In this document: positions 1-14,129 of the stretch, piece by piece
Layout of the letters: the number at the start of each line of letters is the position of its first letter
Numbering within the stretch: position 1 is the first letter of the stretch
DNA from: Vicugna vicugna
Lineage: Eukaryota
NCBI GenBank assembly: GCA_013265495.1
Contig: MU057654.1
Location: forward strand, 133,789-171,316
DNA length: 37,528 bases
Reading direction: 5' to 3'
Program-made: the position numbers and the translations under genes
Notes under the pieces: generated by a model
What the model saw: the letters and a program-made list of their open reading frames with translations, nothing else
Told to the model about the DNA's origin: nothing
Database searches by the model: none

Positions 1-2980
1 GTCCAGATAGGACCCTTAAAAGTGATTTGATAAAGCATTTGCTGATCCATTTTCAACTATAATCAATACGCCTGAGGATTTCATCTGTCTTGGGGTTGGT
101 AATGAGCAATGTCAGTGAAGATTACAAATTGCCAAGCAGGGAAGATTAGCTTTCAAAAGTTAGAAATGGGAAATTGGGCAATCAACTTAAAAACAAATCA
201 GCAAACAAAAGAAATGCCAAGTGAACACATATGAAAAGACACATACTTACCCCAAATTCATGGTAAGGGGAGTCATGAGATTTTGTAGGACCCTTCATAT
301 TTCATTCAGTGAAGTTTTTCAAAAATGTTTGATGGCTCAGAAATGAATTTTCACCCACTATTGGTGTTGTGATGTAATCATAGTAAAAATCAACACAAAA
401 ATAAACAAAATCCCTCTTTTTTTATTTCCCTCTTCCTTTTAAGAAAAAGAAATTATTAAATAGATTATCCTTTAGATTGGAGGACATCCTGGCTAATTTT
501 ATTTAGTTAATAATCTGCTTACATTGCAATTACCTAACAAGACTTTCCTTTGTCTCAGTAGTATTCAGTAAAGTTTCAAGTACACCATAAGAAAACCTAG
601 TTAATAGCCTTTCCTTCATGTGTTCAGGAATCATTTATTGAACACGTGTGTGTGTGCACGTGTCCATGTGCCAGGCACTTGGCTCAGTGCCCAGAATATA
701 CAAATGAGCTAGACCCAGCTATATTATGGAGCTCAATAGTAGTGCTTGATAGTAAAATTATAAAATAAATACAATAATTGTGAAAAATGCAGTCTTAAGT
801 ATAACTAGTCAGACTCCTGAACTGTCAAGACTGTTCCATTGTTTATTATAAATCTGTACTCTGCCCATGGTGTCTCAAATACTATACGCACACTTAAACT
901 CATTATATTATACATCTAATGTTAGTACTAAGGAAAAATAACTAGCCAGCTGTTAGAGTTAATTTGTACTTCTCTGCATTTGTCAGGGTGGGGATCTGTG
1001 GAGAGAGGTTAATAACCATTTCTTAGTTTCTGACCCTCTGTCTTTATTAGGTGTCAGTATGTGAAAATATTGACTAAGCATCTATATTCATCAGCATCTA
1101 CTATATTCATCACATATAACTGTTAGGATATGAACTTTGATTCTTTTTCACCTAAAACCAGTCTTGCAGATCTATCCTTCCATTTACTAACCTGTTGGAA
1201 TGAAGGGCATGGTGGCCTTCTGATGCCATGGGATCAAGTAAGTTAGTGGATTTACACAGGACCCAAATTCAGTTTTTAACTTCACAAGCATTACTCCTGA
1301 GCTGGCTAGCCACAGAGTACTTACGATTATGAAGGTCAAGGACTTAGTTTAAATAAAGACAAAGTAAATATTAAACATGAGTACTCCCAATTATTTTGTT
1401 AATTCCATTGCATTTTGTAATTGTTAATATGCCAGGAGAAAGTCTTCATTATTTTTTGATTGTGATAATCTGTGCAAAATAGCCAGAACTTGCCAAACTC
1501 ATAGGTCAGGTACTAATCTTCACTGAGAAAGTAAGCATACTAGATGGCATTATAGCTATGAGTGTTCATAATGCTGACAGGTACAGATCTACATTTCTGG
1601 TACAATTAATATATCTGAAAACTCCTTAAATGGAGTGAGTGTGACCTTTAAGAGAAAAAACGAGTTAAAACTCCTTGGCAAGGTTAACATGGTCAGTCTC
1701 CTGTAACTTAGTGTTGTGTTCTGCTCATTCTTTCCTAACATTATGATGGTATTAAAAGATTGCAAAGGCCAAATCAGCTATTTAGAAAAATCCTTTTTAA
1801 TCGAGATTGTTTGAGGGAGGTTATCTCTCAAGATACAATCATGGAGAATATAATACATGTGCTCTGTGTAGAACTAAAATGATTATTTCTCAGATTTCTT
1901 AATGTCTCCTGATTTCAAATCTGTGACTAAGAATGACATACATGTTTTTAGTATTGAAGTCAACTCTTTTGAGATTTGTTCCATTCTTGTCACTTTAAAT
2001 ATGATATGCAAGGCATTCATTTACAATGCTAGTGTTTTTTTTTTGCATCAAGATCAGTTGGACTATGAAATTCCCACTTCCACAAAGCATTGAAATAGTT
2101 AATAGCTATTCTTGCCATAAACATCTGATTGGATTGTCTTGAGGAGGAAATTTTATGTTTTGTACAGCTAAATCTAATTGTCATGTAACAAATGCAAGTA
2201 AGATTCATTTTTACTAAATTTAGCCAGTTATAAAGTTGTCACCTAATTTGGATAAGCTTAAACTTCTTATCAGTGTAACTGAAGAAAACGAAACAAGAGT
2301 GAGCAGAGAAAGTTCTGTTACTTAGAACTGAAGAGATGTGATGATCTTCTGGTTCCTTTCCTGAGAGATCTTGCAAGATTTTAAATTCCATTAGTGAGAG
2401 TGAACCAAATCGTAAGGACAGATTTCATTATTCTTTTCTGACTCAAGCCATAAATGTTATTATTTTGTCGTAGAAATCTATTTCATCCTAAATTGTCTGG
2501 TGTTATCTAATAGTATTAGAAGAAAATTTCAAATATGATAATATACATTTCACACTCAATTGCATTTTTGTATACAGAAACTTTAGCATAGTAGTGCAAC
2601 TATTTGGAGTACGCCCAATCAAGCAAAGGCCTCTAAAAAAGTGAGTTTCTGGCAAGTGAATCTTTTTTGCTTTTTATATCATCAAAGGCAGATATTCTGG
2701 TACAAGCTGAGTGGCATATTTTTATATCAACATGGGGGAATTTAGTAATGCCCAAGTCCATAGAATGTGAATTATTAATACTCATATTTGTATTTCACTG
2801 ATTTAAGAACATCCCTCTGTTATTACAAATGTTTTCCCCAGACTACTTGGCTTATTTTATGGTCCAAGTCTACCTGAATCTAGAATCATACCTTAAATTG
2901 TAGCTTCCCCAATCCTTTATTTTCTATAATCTCTCTGGGTCTTAGCTTCCTCATTTATAAATGAGGACATTAGACTAAAT

Positions 2981-3184
2981 CAGTTATAAACTGAAGGCAG
3001 TTTTGCCCCATAAGGGACATATGGCAATGTCTGGAGATATATTTGATTGTGACAATGGGGAAATGCTACCACCTTCTAGTGGCCAGGGATGCTGCTAAAT
3101 ATTCCTACAATGCATGGAACAGTCCCTCACAACAATGAATTATATGGCCCAAAGTGAAAATAGTGCCAAGATTGAGAAAGTCAG
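2981..3184 (+). mobile_element. MER20-like hAT-Charlie MITE nested in a MIR
   Basis: Typical MER20 core (ggcaatgtctggaga...ggccagggatgctgctaaa...tagtgccaagattgagaaa). 8-bp TSD gactaaat/gactagat. The flanks rejoin into a MIR core. Confidence 0.8.
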
Positions 3185-3919
3185 GACTAGATTATCTCTA
3201 AAATAACTCTAATATGAAATAAAATGATTATATATAATCTTAAGTAAAAAACTCAAAGCTTCTAGATTAGAAAACAAGCATATTTTGTGTGCCTGAATAT
3301 GTTACACATTTTTAAAACTTTTAGTTCATTTAATATTCACCACATCCTGGGAGAAACATTGTATTTCTGTGCTTTTTTGATGGAAAAAAATGGCTCAGAG
3401 TGGTTAAATAATTTTCTCCAGTTTACATAGTTATAGAGATAAGATTTGAATCTGTTTGAGCAACTCAAAAGTTTATTTTTTCCTACTACTGTCCAGTGTT
3501 CTACTACTTAGTTTTTACTACTACCCAGTGCTGTAGGTCAGTTCCCCTCATTCCAAATTATATTGAAAGTTTTATTTTCTCAAGGCATGTAATCATTCCT
3601 TGAGTAAGGGAATAAAGAATTTAAACACTTTCATTAATAGAAAATTGATTGATTCATTCTGTAACCAAAGGCTACAGCCATACATAAACATAATCAAATT
3701 GTAGGAGCATCAAATATACAAACTCTCTTATCAGATCACATTTACAATTTGTCATACAACCACTCTCATTTAAAATAGTCTTCATAAATGTTATTCAATA
3801 GAGAATCGTTTACGTTGTGATAGCAAAACAGAGGTTTATTACTTGCTCATGCAGTTTCTTCTGAGACGAGGTTGACTCTGCCCTTCATGTTATCCTTTGG
3901 GGAGAAGAAGGTGCTTTGT

Positions 3920-4088
3920 CTTTTTTTTCAATATTTTATTTTATTTTTATAGTAGTATGATATACATAACATAAAACTTTCCATTTTGAGCATTTTTAAG
4001 TGTGTATTTCAGTGACATTCATGTATGCAACCTTCACCACTGTCCATCACCAGAATGTATTCATTGTCCCAAACTGAAACTCTCTGTA
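3920..4088 (-). mobile_element. Old L1 (L1MA/MB-like) 3' end fragment
   Basis: T-rich tail followed by 'acataacataaaactttccatttt...tttttaagtgt...ccaaactgaaactc', typical of an antisense L1M 3' terminus. Confidence 0.7.
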
Positions 4089-5054
4089 GGTCATAGTTTT
4101 GTCCCATGACCGTATTTCTCCATTCTAAAGAACTTGCTGATGTGTCTAATTTCTGGAAAATAGTGGATATTTAAAAGTTATACTTAATCTTTTCCAGATC
4201 CTGTCAGTTTAAGCCCTCATTCCATTATCAAACTTAGCTTCTCTTCCCATTGTGAACTTAGTTTTTGACAATATTTGCTTATTCCTCATGGCTTTTGTTT
4301 TATGTTAAAACACAAAGAAATGGTATCAGCACCATAAACTCCTGTATGCTTCAAAGACAGTATGTCTCAATACATATTTGAGAAAACGCCATTGTATCAT
4401 AAGATCTCACTATCAGTCTGCACAAAACTGTGCTTCTATTCTGGGTATAAAATCTTGCTCCCCTATCCAATATCTGTTTTCCAACTTTATGATAGCATAC
4501 AAAATTCAAATATGTCAGGTAATGAAGAACAGCCTGAGAAGTACTATGCTAGGAATATTAAAAGCAATATGCCTAAAATTAACCAGGAGGTATTTACTTT
4601 CCCATGTTTAAAGAAGTTTATATGCTACATATGAGAAATGAAATCACATTTCACAGCATTCAGTATTTTGTCATTTGATAATCTAATGTATAATCTATTT
4701 ATATTTTTACCCTTTGCTCTCAAACCAAATTAGATTGAAAGATGCAGGACCATCTGCCATGAATTTGGTGTATTCATTGTCATTGAAGAAAACTGAGACA
4801 TTTATACCTAAATTATAACCAAAATAATACTCTCATTTGCTAGAAAGACATTTTCTTTCTGATACTAGCTATAATGACTAAAACCTTATACTTCTTAATA
4901 GAAATGCTGTGCATGTTTTGCAAGGAAATATTTTGGAGAGAACTAGCTTTAGTGTTAGGACATAAACAAGGGCATGCAGATAATGGAGGAGTAGGGGAAG
5001 AAATACTAGGAGATTTTGAATTTTTAGGCCTCTAAAGTCTATATGAAATATATA

Positions 5055-5630
5055 GCTGCTTAAAACTTCAAGTCATATCCCAGAGATTTTCTTTAATTGG
5101 TCTGAGGTGGAACTTGGGCATTGGTATGTTTTAAAAACAACCTAGGTGATTTGAATGTGCAGCCAGCGTTGAGAACTATCTTGGTGGAAGATTGAACAAG
5201 GATCACGAGGTTGGCTGTTTAAAGAGATTACTTGGGGACTCTGAAAACACAGATTCTTTGGCCTCAACCCTGGAGTTTTAAATAGATTTGAGATAGTGCC
5301 AAGTAATATTTTCTTTTTCTTTATTTTCTTCCTTCCATACTTTTTTCAAAAATTTCTTCAGGTTAGACTAAATCTCAATTAGCTTGGTAAGTATCGTAGA
5401 TGACAAGACTTTTATATTAATCAGCTTAGTTACTAAATAGATATTGAACAGCCATTTTGTGTAAGGATCTGAGCCTGTCCTATAGCACAGTGATTCTGAA
5501 CATGGTTGATCATGAGACTCATTTGTGGGTGGATTGGACCACCCACAGAGATTTTTATTTTAATTCAGCATGTTTGATTTTGAAAAGCTGTTCATGTGAA
5601 TTTGATGTGAAACCCTGATTAAGAATGATT
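5055..5630. mobile_element. Cluster of 2-3 degraded MER5-like MITEs
   Basis: cccagagatt...ttaattggtctgaggtgg...ggtgatttgaatgtgcagccagcgttgagaac, with similar decayed units at ~5200-5400 and ~5488-5630. Confidence 0.55.
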
Positions 5631-7913
5631 TTTACATGAAGATTATTCCTGAAATTTTGAATGTAGATTTAATCATCTTTAAATTAGAAAAACATGCTAT
5701 TTAAATAAAATTAGGGTAATGCTTTTAAGTCCCTTTTAATGTGCATGGTCACTCTGATATCTTTTTTAATTTAGATTTTTGTATTTTAATTTTTTGATTC
5801 ACTGAAGTTAGAATGTTGACATATTCATTTTATTACATCCACAAAGAGAGTTTGCCATTGACAAGTAATTGTAGATGAATTTACTGGAGGTAAGGTCAAA
5901 GCTCCACTTCTTGCACCAGAAACATTGCTTAGGCTTAAATGCAATAGATCTAAAGGTTTATATTCATGGCAAGTTTTAAGCTCAGGCTTTAATACTCTCT
6001 ATGCCTGCAACTGATTCCTAATCCACATTCTCTATTTTGTCATTTCTTTTCCCTTATTTAATGCAGAATTAAGTCCAAATGCCCTAATGAAGCCAATTAT
6101 GATTTGGCCTCATTCCAAATTTTCAATTATTGTCTTTCATACTCTTGTCTCCCTCCAGATACCTTTATTCCACTCTTTTAATCTGAATTTTGTAATCTTT
6201 TAAAGCTTAGTTCAAAACCTGTTCTCCTCTAGAAAGCTTTTCCCAAACTCCTCAGCAGGAACACATTGTATTTATATCACTTATTACATTTTAATCTTGG
6301 GATCATAGTTCTTTCTATACACATCTTATCTTCCTTACTAAGTTGTAAATTCCTTGAGATCAGGAATTATTCACTTGCTTTTGTCATTTCCAACATGTGG
6401 GACAGTTATGTATGTATAATGGAAAAAGTCAAGATAAAACAAAGTTTGAGTTCCAGCTCCATCAAATAACACATGTGACAAGTTATTTTGATTTCAGTTA
6501 ATCCCAATTCCCTAACCTTCAGAATGTGGAAAATACCACTTACCTTACAGGTTTGCTTTAAGGACTAAAGGGGTAAGCTGTTATCTTGTTTACACATAGA
6601 AAACCTTCAATAAATGCTCATTCTTTTTTCTTATCTCTTTCCAAAATATCCACAATACTTTGAAACTAACCTCAGTAAATACTAATAAAGCTAAATGATG
6701 CCCAAGACAATGAAAACCTGAACTAGGTTAGTGTTATGGGGAATGAAAAGGAAGAGATGGGTATGAAATAACAATATAAGCTAGAATTTACATGAAACAG
6801 TGATTTGCTGGGGAGAAGAGTGGCTGAGATTTTGAGCCTGGAATATTAAATGCCATTTAACAAAGAAAAACAGACCAACAACTTGTTTGAGGAAATGAAT
6901 CAAAGGCAGTAAGTCTAGGCATACCATTCTAAAGGAAAAGTTGTAGGAGTACCTGTAACTTCGTGGACTTCATAGAAATGATCTGGGGCATCAGTAATGA
7001 AAGGCTGGGTTAAAATGCTCAGCCTTGGTATTTCCTATGTTGAGTATCGGTGTCAAACTTTGACTATTAGAAGTGGGGAAATACGGAATTAAAGATTGAT
7101 CTAGGAAAGAAATTGGTGTTAAATTTTAGGAATTCTTGAACCTCTAAGTTAGTAGTTTCCTTTTGTCTTCTTAACTGAAAATTTCTCACTGTAATAAGTT
7201 ATATTTGGCACCAAATGATAATATATACTTATTTTAATGATTTTGTCCTGCAGATACACTAATAAATTTTTGGCAGAATACATTACAGCTGTTAAGAACT
7301 TTAGGTAGAAGTGTGGACCTCAAGTGTAAATTCAGAAAGTTTTGGCATATGTTACTTATCACAGTGAGAAGCACTATAGCATAATTTCTAGATGTTGGTA
7401 TATGAACATTACTTTATAGCTTTGGGGGCTTGTGTGAGACTTGTTTGGCCAGGTGAGTGTGCTAATGTTTGTACAATGATGGAAAATGTTTGCCTACTAT
7501 GGGCAAAGTTTGTTTGTGGTTTCCTGTAGATTTTAGATAACACTGGAGCCATAGCTCCAGTGGAGCGACAGTCTTATAACAATGCCTTTTTTAGGATTGA
7601 CTACTGTAAGACAAAATTTCAAGGCCGGTTTTTTTTAATCCTGCCTTTTATTATTGGTGCCCCAAATCATTCCACGAAGCTCATGAAGTTACTGGTACCC
7701 CTGTAACTTTTCCTTTGGAATGGCATTGCCTTATCATATTAGAGAAGTAACTCTTGCCATATCCTGCATTAGAGGCATACTTAATATGTGCATATTAAAT
7801 TGCATACTTGATAAGCAAAAAGCTTTTGCTGTAGCCCCACAAGAACTCAGATTTGAGGTGGTATATGAAATAATACATAGTTGAAGAATGAAAATGATAC
7901 TTCTAAATGTTAA

Positions 7914-8063
<150 letters not shown>

Positions 8064-8129
8064 TAAAATGAACAGGAATAGAGTCTAATAGGTTTTTAAA
8101 TGTAGTAGATAAAATTTATTTATTATCTT

Positions 8130-8310
8130 TTTTTTGATTCTTATAAAAATCCTGTGAAGTAGGTGGTTTTAATTCCCTTTGACAGATGGGATGAGGAGAC
8201 TGGCTCAGAGGAGGGGCAGTAACTTACTAGCTTAAGCTTGGGGAATTCAGGTTTAAACTCAGCCTTTTTGACTCCAAAGCATGTTTTCTTGTCTTCATAC
8301 CATTCTGCCT
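8130..8310 (-). mobile_element. MIR SINE
   Basis: cctgtgaagtagg...acagatg...gaggagactggctcagagg...tttaaactcag...tgactccaaagc. Confidence 0.7.
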
Positions 8311-8894
8311 CCCTTTCCATGTATCAAGCCACTACTACTTTGTATCCTTGTAGTAAATGTAAGGAAAGTTTTATAAAGCTTGAATAGGATATTATTACTG
8401 TGAATCAAGGGATATTATTGAACTCCAGAGTCTGTCTTCCTTTACAGTAAATGAAGGTTAAAAACAAAATGAACTAGTCTTGCACTTGACGTAGCCACAT
8501 GCTTTTAGGCACAGAACCGTAGCATTCTAGAGCTAAAAGAGGGAACGTTTAATGTTCTTACTTCTTTAGTTTATTTATTAGAAAACTGAGACCCAGAGGG
8601 ATAGTGATTCTCCATAGCTTATCTTAGTGTGACTAAGCTTAAAAATGATTTCTTCTGGTTTCATATTCAGTGTTCTTTCCTTTCATTTGCTGCTGTCTCC
8701 CATTTCTACATCATATTATGTATGAACTAATGAATTTTTTTTGTATCTGGTATCTGCAGTACCAAAAGTATTAAAAGAAATGTAAAACCACTTATACTTT
8801 TTAAACACCTCATCTTGTTTTGCCCATTGCTAATCTTATTGGCAATAATATTTGAGTCCTTATGTTGGTTGGGATTCAGTTACTATAATTCCAG

Positions 8895-9100
8895 GTAGTG
8901 AAACTATGTTGGCTGTGGATTGAGAGGACCTAGGTTCAAGTCTTAACTCCACCATTGTTGTATAACCCTGGGAAAGTCATTTTATCTCTCTGAGAATGTT
9001 TCTTGAACCTGCAAAATCGGGGTGGTAAAATCTTTCTTACAATACTTGTGAGAATTAAATGAAATCAAATATGTGAGCCTGCCTAGCACATCTGGGACCC
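8895..9100 (+). mobile_element. MIR SINE
   Basis: gacctaggttcaagtc...tgtataaccctgggaaagtca...tgtgagaattaaatgaaat...cctagcaca. Confidence 0.7.
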
Positions 9101-9336
9101 CAAAGCTCAAAGATTTAGAGTTAGTAAAGAAAGACACATAATCAAAGGGCTCTGTGATAACTGTGGTTGGAACCATTTGAATTTAAATTTAAAAAGTCAC
9201 TTTTTATGTGCTTATGCAGTGTAGAAAATATACAAAAATACAAGAAAGTAAAAACCAATCATAATTCTATCACTTGTAGGTAACCATCATTTAATTAACT
9301 TCTCTTTAGCTTATATGATTCCAGTATGCTTTCTAA

Positions 9337-9357
9337 ACACACACACACACACACACA
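9337..9357. repeat. (CA)n microsatellite
   Basis: About 10 AC units. Confidence 0.9.
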
Positions 9358-9724
9358 TTTTTACAAAAGAGAAGTGTGTATGTCATTTTGTACTTGTTTT
9401 TTCATGAAAGAACATATTCTGAATACTTTGTCCTATCATTACATATTTTTATTTTTCTGTAAACTTTAGTGCCTATAATGCATTATGTTATATGATGCTG
9501 TAGCATATTTTTTAATTTAAATTTCAGTGGCATCTGTAAGTTTGGTGCTTAAGCTTGTTAAATAATCAAATCAAAACTATACATGACTTTCCATATATTT
9601 GAAAGCATTTCTGTGAAAATATCCTACTTGAAAAGGTGTTTTTTCTTAATATATAGCTTGGTTAAATACTGTCAGACTATCTCAACATGGCATTTATTAT
9701 ACATGTAAAATAGAATAGTACGGT

Positions 9725-11165
9725 AGAAGCTTTGAATTTTAATAAGATTGCACTTATTAATATTTCCCTTCATATGTATACTTATATGTTTAAGAAACCA
9801 TTCTCTGTAATTTTGTCATATAGATATTTCCATTTTCTTCTAATACTTAAAAATTTATTTGTTATGTTAAAGTATTTAATCCATCTGGTATTGATTTTCA
9901 CCTATGGAGGGTGGTAAAATTGTTTTCTATGCAGATAGCCGGGTGTCCCAGCACTGTTTATTCAACAGTCTGTCCTTGCCCACAGATTTGTAGTGGCATC
10001 TCTGTCATATGCTAATTTTCATACACACATACATACATATATATGTTTATTCTGTTTTATTCTGTTATTCTGTTTTATTGTATTACTCTATTTGCCTGTC
10101 TCTAAAATAATTTCACCTTATTGCTATAGCTTTAAAATATGTCATGATGCCTGGTAGGGAAAATTTATATGAAAAAAAATCATTATAAAGTTAAAAGACA
10201 GACCACAGATTGAGTAATATTTATAACCCATGTAACTAACAAAGGATTAGTGTCTAGACTATATAAAGAATTTCACATCAGTTAGAACAAGAAACAACCC
10301 AATAGAAAAATGGGAAAGTGATATGAACAGGCTATAGAAGAGATACTCAACTTTACAAGTGATCTTATGGGAAATGCAAGTTAAAGTGATAATGAACTAT
10401 CTTATCAAAACCATCATGCTGGCAAAAATTAAAATCTAACAGCACTTAACACTTCGGGAGCATATAGGAATTAAAAAGCACTCATATATGCTACATTTAG
10501 AGATGTAAACTGCTTCAACATCTTTGGAAAGAAATTTTACAATACCTATTAAAGTTGAAAACCCTCATACCTTACAAGCCAAGAAGTCCATGTCTAGGTA
10601 TCTACTTTAAAGAAACACTTGGACACATATATTAGGAGATATACATGTTCAGTGCAGAAATGCTTGTAATAGCAAAATAAATATAAACATAACTGCCTTC
10701 AATAGGGGAGTTGATGGGTAGCATATGAAGTGGAATATATGCAGCATGTAATATGAATGAACTAGAGCTATATGTATCAACATGGAAAATCTGATATAAT
10801 AGTGAGTAAAAAAAGCAAGTTTAAAAGGATATGAATGGAATGATTCCATTTTCATAAAAATTTTAAAATGACAGTAGTATATAATATTGTTTATGGGTAC
10901 ATGCATATCTAGTAAAAGAATAAAAATATGGAAGAAAATGACATAGACCAACTTTAAGACAGTGGTTACCTATGAGGAGAGACTGAGGAGAAAAGTATTG
11001 TTGACATAGATAGGAGTATATGTAAAATTTTACATCTTTTGAAAAGGAGATTTGAAAGGAATACAGCAAAATGTTAATATCTGTTAAAACTGGGTAGTGG
11101 GTATGTACTTCAGTTATATTATTTCCTGTGTTTTTTTATGTGATTGATAGATATCACAATTTAAA
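9725..11165. mobile_element. Ancient L1M element with 5' inversion (minus ~9725-10163, plus ~10164-11165)
   Basis: The left part is antisense L1 ORF2 (tttaatccatctgg..ttgattttc; tatagctttaaaatatgt). The right part is the sense ORF2 end plus 3'UTR (aaaggattagtgtctaga..caacccaatagaaaaatggg). Confidence 0.75.
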
Positions 11166-11399
11166 ATGCTGCACAGAGAGAGTGATTGCTGCAGAGTATG
11201 TGCTCAGGAATGTTAGTTTCCTTTCTACCAACACCGGCATTTTAGTTATTATGTATTTTGTTATACATTTGTTGAAAAGTTTTTCTAATATGCTTAACCT
11301 AGAAGGGTTACTTTCTTCATATAAAAGAATTTGAGAGGGAAGTAGGACTGATTTGACAGCTCCATAACATGAGAAACCTAAGCATTTTCTGTCTTTCTT

Positions 11400-11970
11400 C
11401 TTTGATGAACTAGCTTCTGTCCTCAAGATTCTCCATAGTCCCAGATGACTCCTGGAACTCTGACCTTTACATCTTAATTCCAGAAACAGGAAGGAAGAAG
11501 GCTAGGAGGGCTTATCACTGAGCCTGTTAGGAGGTTTCCCTGAAATTCCACCCAACACTTCAGATTACATCTTATTGGCCAGAGTATAGTCACATGATTA
11601 CATCTTGTTGAAAGGGAGGCTGAAACATGCAGTCTTTTAAAAAGCTGGGTATGGAGTTCAAAATTTGAAGATACTGACAGGTATATATAGAATAGGTAAA
11701 CAAGATTATACTGTATAGCACAGGGGAATATATACAAGATCCTGTGGTAGCTCACAGTGAAAAAGTATGCGACAATGAATATATGTATGTTCATGTATGA
11801 CTGAAAAATTGTACTCTACACTGGAATTTGACACAACATTGTAAACTGACTATAACTCAGTAAAATAAAACTTAAAAAAATAAATAAAAAGCTGGGTATA
11901 TTGCCCAAGATGTGTATCTAAAGAAGAAGAAGAAATGTGTTACTGGACAAAAACTAGGAGTCTCGGTCAA
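11400..11970 (-). mobile_element. MLT1 (MaLR) LTR fragment interrupted by a young L1
   Basis: ttacatcttattggccagagtatagtcacatg...aagggaggctgaaacatgcagtctttta|gctgggtatattg. Confidence 0.6.
11653..11885 (+). mobile_element. 5'-truncated lineage-specific L1 3' end with A-rich tail
   Basis: Perfect 14-bp TSD aaaaagctgggtat (11639-11652 and 11886-11899) at a TT|AAAA site. Cetartiodactyl L1 3'UTR motifs (ctgtatagcacaggg; acacaacattgtaaactgactataac). Confidence 0.9.
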
Positions 11971-12157
11971 AAACAAGAACCTAAAAGTTATTGGCCTCTA
12001 AATTATAGCATTGTTTTCATTTTAACTGAGATTTGGAGATTTTAAAGCATGTGAAGCTTTTTCATAGACTTGATACATACCAAATACATTCCAAACTATA
12101 GGTGCTGTTCTCAAATGCAAAGAGGTGTAAATTTGGCATCCCTCTGTTATTGAATAA

Positions 12158-12322
<165 letters not shown>

Positions 12323-12332
12323 TAATTATTGA

Positions 12333-12593
<261 letters not shown>

Positions 12594-14129
12594 TAACTCT
12601 GCCATCCATTTTCTGATTGGCGAGACTTTCACTCTGCTTCAATAACTTAATTCTTCTTTTGCTCTGTTAATCCCTTTGTGTGTTCTTGTCTTTTAATATG
12701 GGGATCATAATTCCTAGCTGAATTTTAAGAAAAGTTATGACCACTCCTTCTCAATTTATTAAATCCAAATAAAAGCAAGTGATTTGCTATGCTGTTGTAA
12801 AGACACAACAATAAGCCTGACATCTCTAGTTTCTAATCAAATCAAAATCTTAGGTCCTTCTTACTTCTTTCCCTTGGCATCTTCTCATTCTTTTTTTGCT
12901 TTAGTACTTTTCAAAACGTTATCTCATAATGTGTTGTCAGACCAGTGTATTCACCATAATATACTTATAGTGCAGCATTTTCTGACTGTAACTGTAAGGA
13001 AAAAAATAGATGTTATGGAATCTCCTTCTACCCTAATAGCTTATTCCTTTCTTCCTATGACTGTAAAGAAAAAGTAACACCAGCATTATCAATCAGCAGT
13101 TATTGAGTACTTATTTTATGCTAGATCCCAAAGATAACAGAGAACTGTAAAATGTTGCCTCTTTCCTCCTTCCAGTGATGTTGGGCCACCAGTACATGAG
13201 AGAACTGACCCATAAATCTCATTTCTGGCTTGAAGTGGCAGAGTACACCCTGGAAAACCCAACGTGTATTTTGAAAATTTTATGTGCTGGAACAAAAAAT
13301 AATATGATTAACCCTCTGGGATAAATAATTTACCACATTCATAGTAGCTTCAACACTTTAGGAATAAAGCATACTTGGTGTGGAAATTTTACTAACATTA
13401 ATTTCCAACTCACTGTGTAGGCCTCATCAGCATTAAAGTATATTGCTATCTTAATAAATGAAAGTAGAATTATTTTGAATTTATTCTAGTTTCTCTAATT
13501 TTTGTATATTTGTTTTTCTGCCTGTCAGTGGAAGGAGGGCCAGAATCAGTGTACTCTACAAGAGAAAGCATCTTGTAAAGCCATATCTTTAGTCCCCCAA
13601 ATCCATTAATTTGGGCTCAGAGAGGAGACTAAATGAAAGAGCTCTGAAATAACTGTAATTGTGGAACTGTATAATTTCATTAGCCTTAAACAACTGTATA
13701 AATTTTATTTTGATATAGACATCACAAATCTGAAATGAATAGATGACTTACTTACTTATCAAGAAAGACACCAACTTAGAAGTTGGTACCATCCATTTTA
13801 CCCTCACTAATTTCAACAACCATCCTAAAATAGCTCATGCTCTCATTGATGTTTCAAATGAATATAATTCACTTGAAATAAATGCTTGATGCTGAACATT
13901 CCTTACTGTATCTTTGTTGGAGAAACTTGGTAACAGACTTGTATTCAAATTTCTATTCTCAGAGAAGGAAATTCTTTTTAACCTGAGTACCTTTATCCAA
14001 CAGCCCTGTGTGGAAAAATGTTCAGATATAGTAGGTTTTTAAAGAACTCTAAATTTCCCTAATACTTTATAATGAATGCAACTCTAATGGCTGAACACAT
14101 GTTGATCATTTTCATTACGACTATTTCAG

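Noticed and set aside
1..7400. Short ORFs and a possible ZMAT1 first exon or promoter
   Set aside because: There is no CpG island or recognisable coding signal; the region looks like intron with old repeats.
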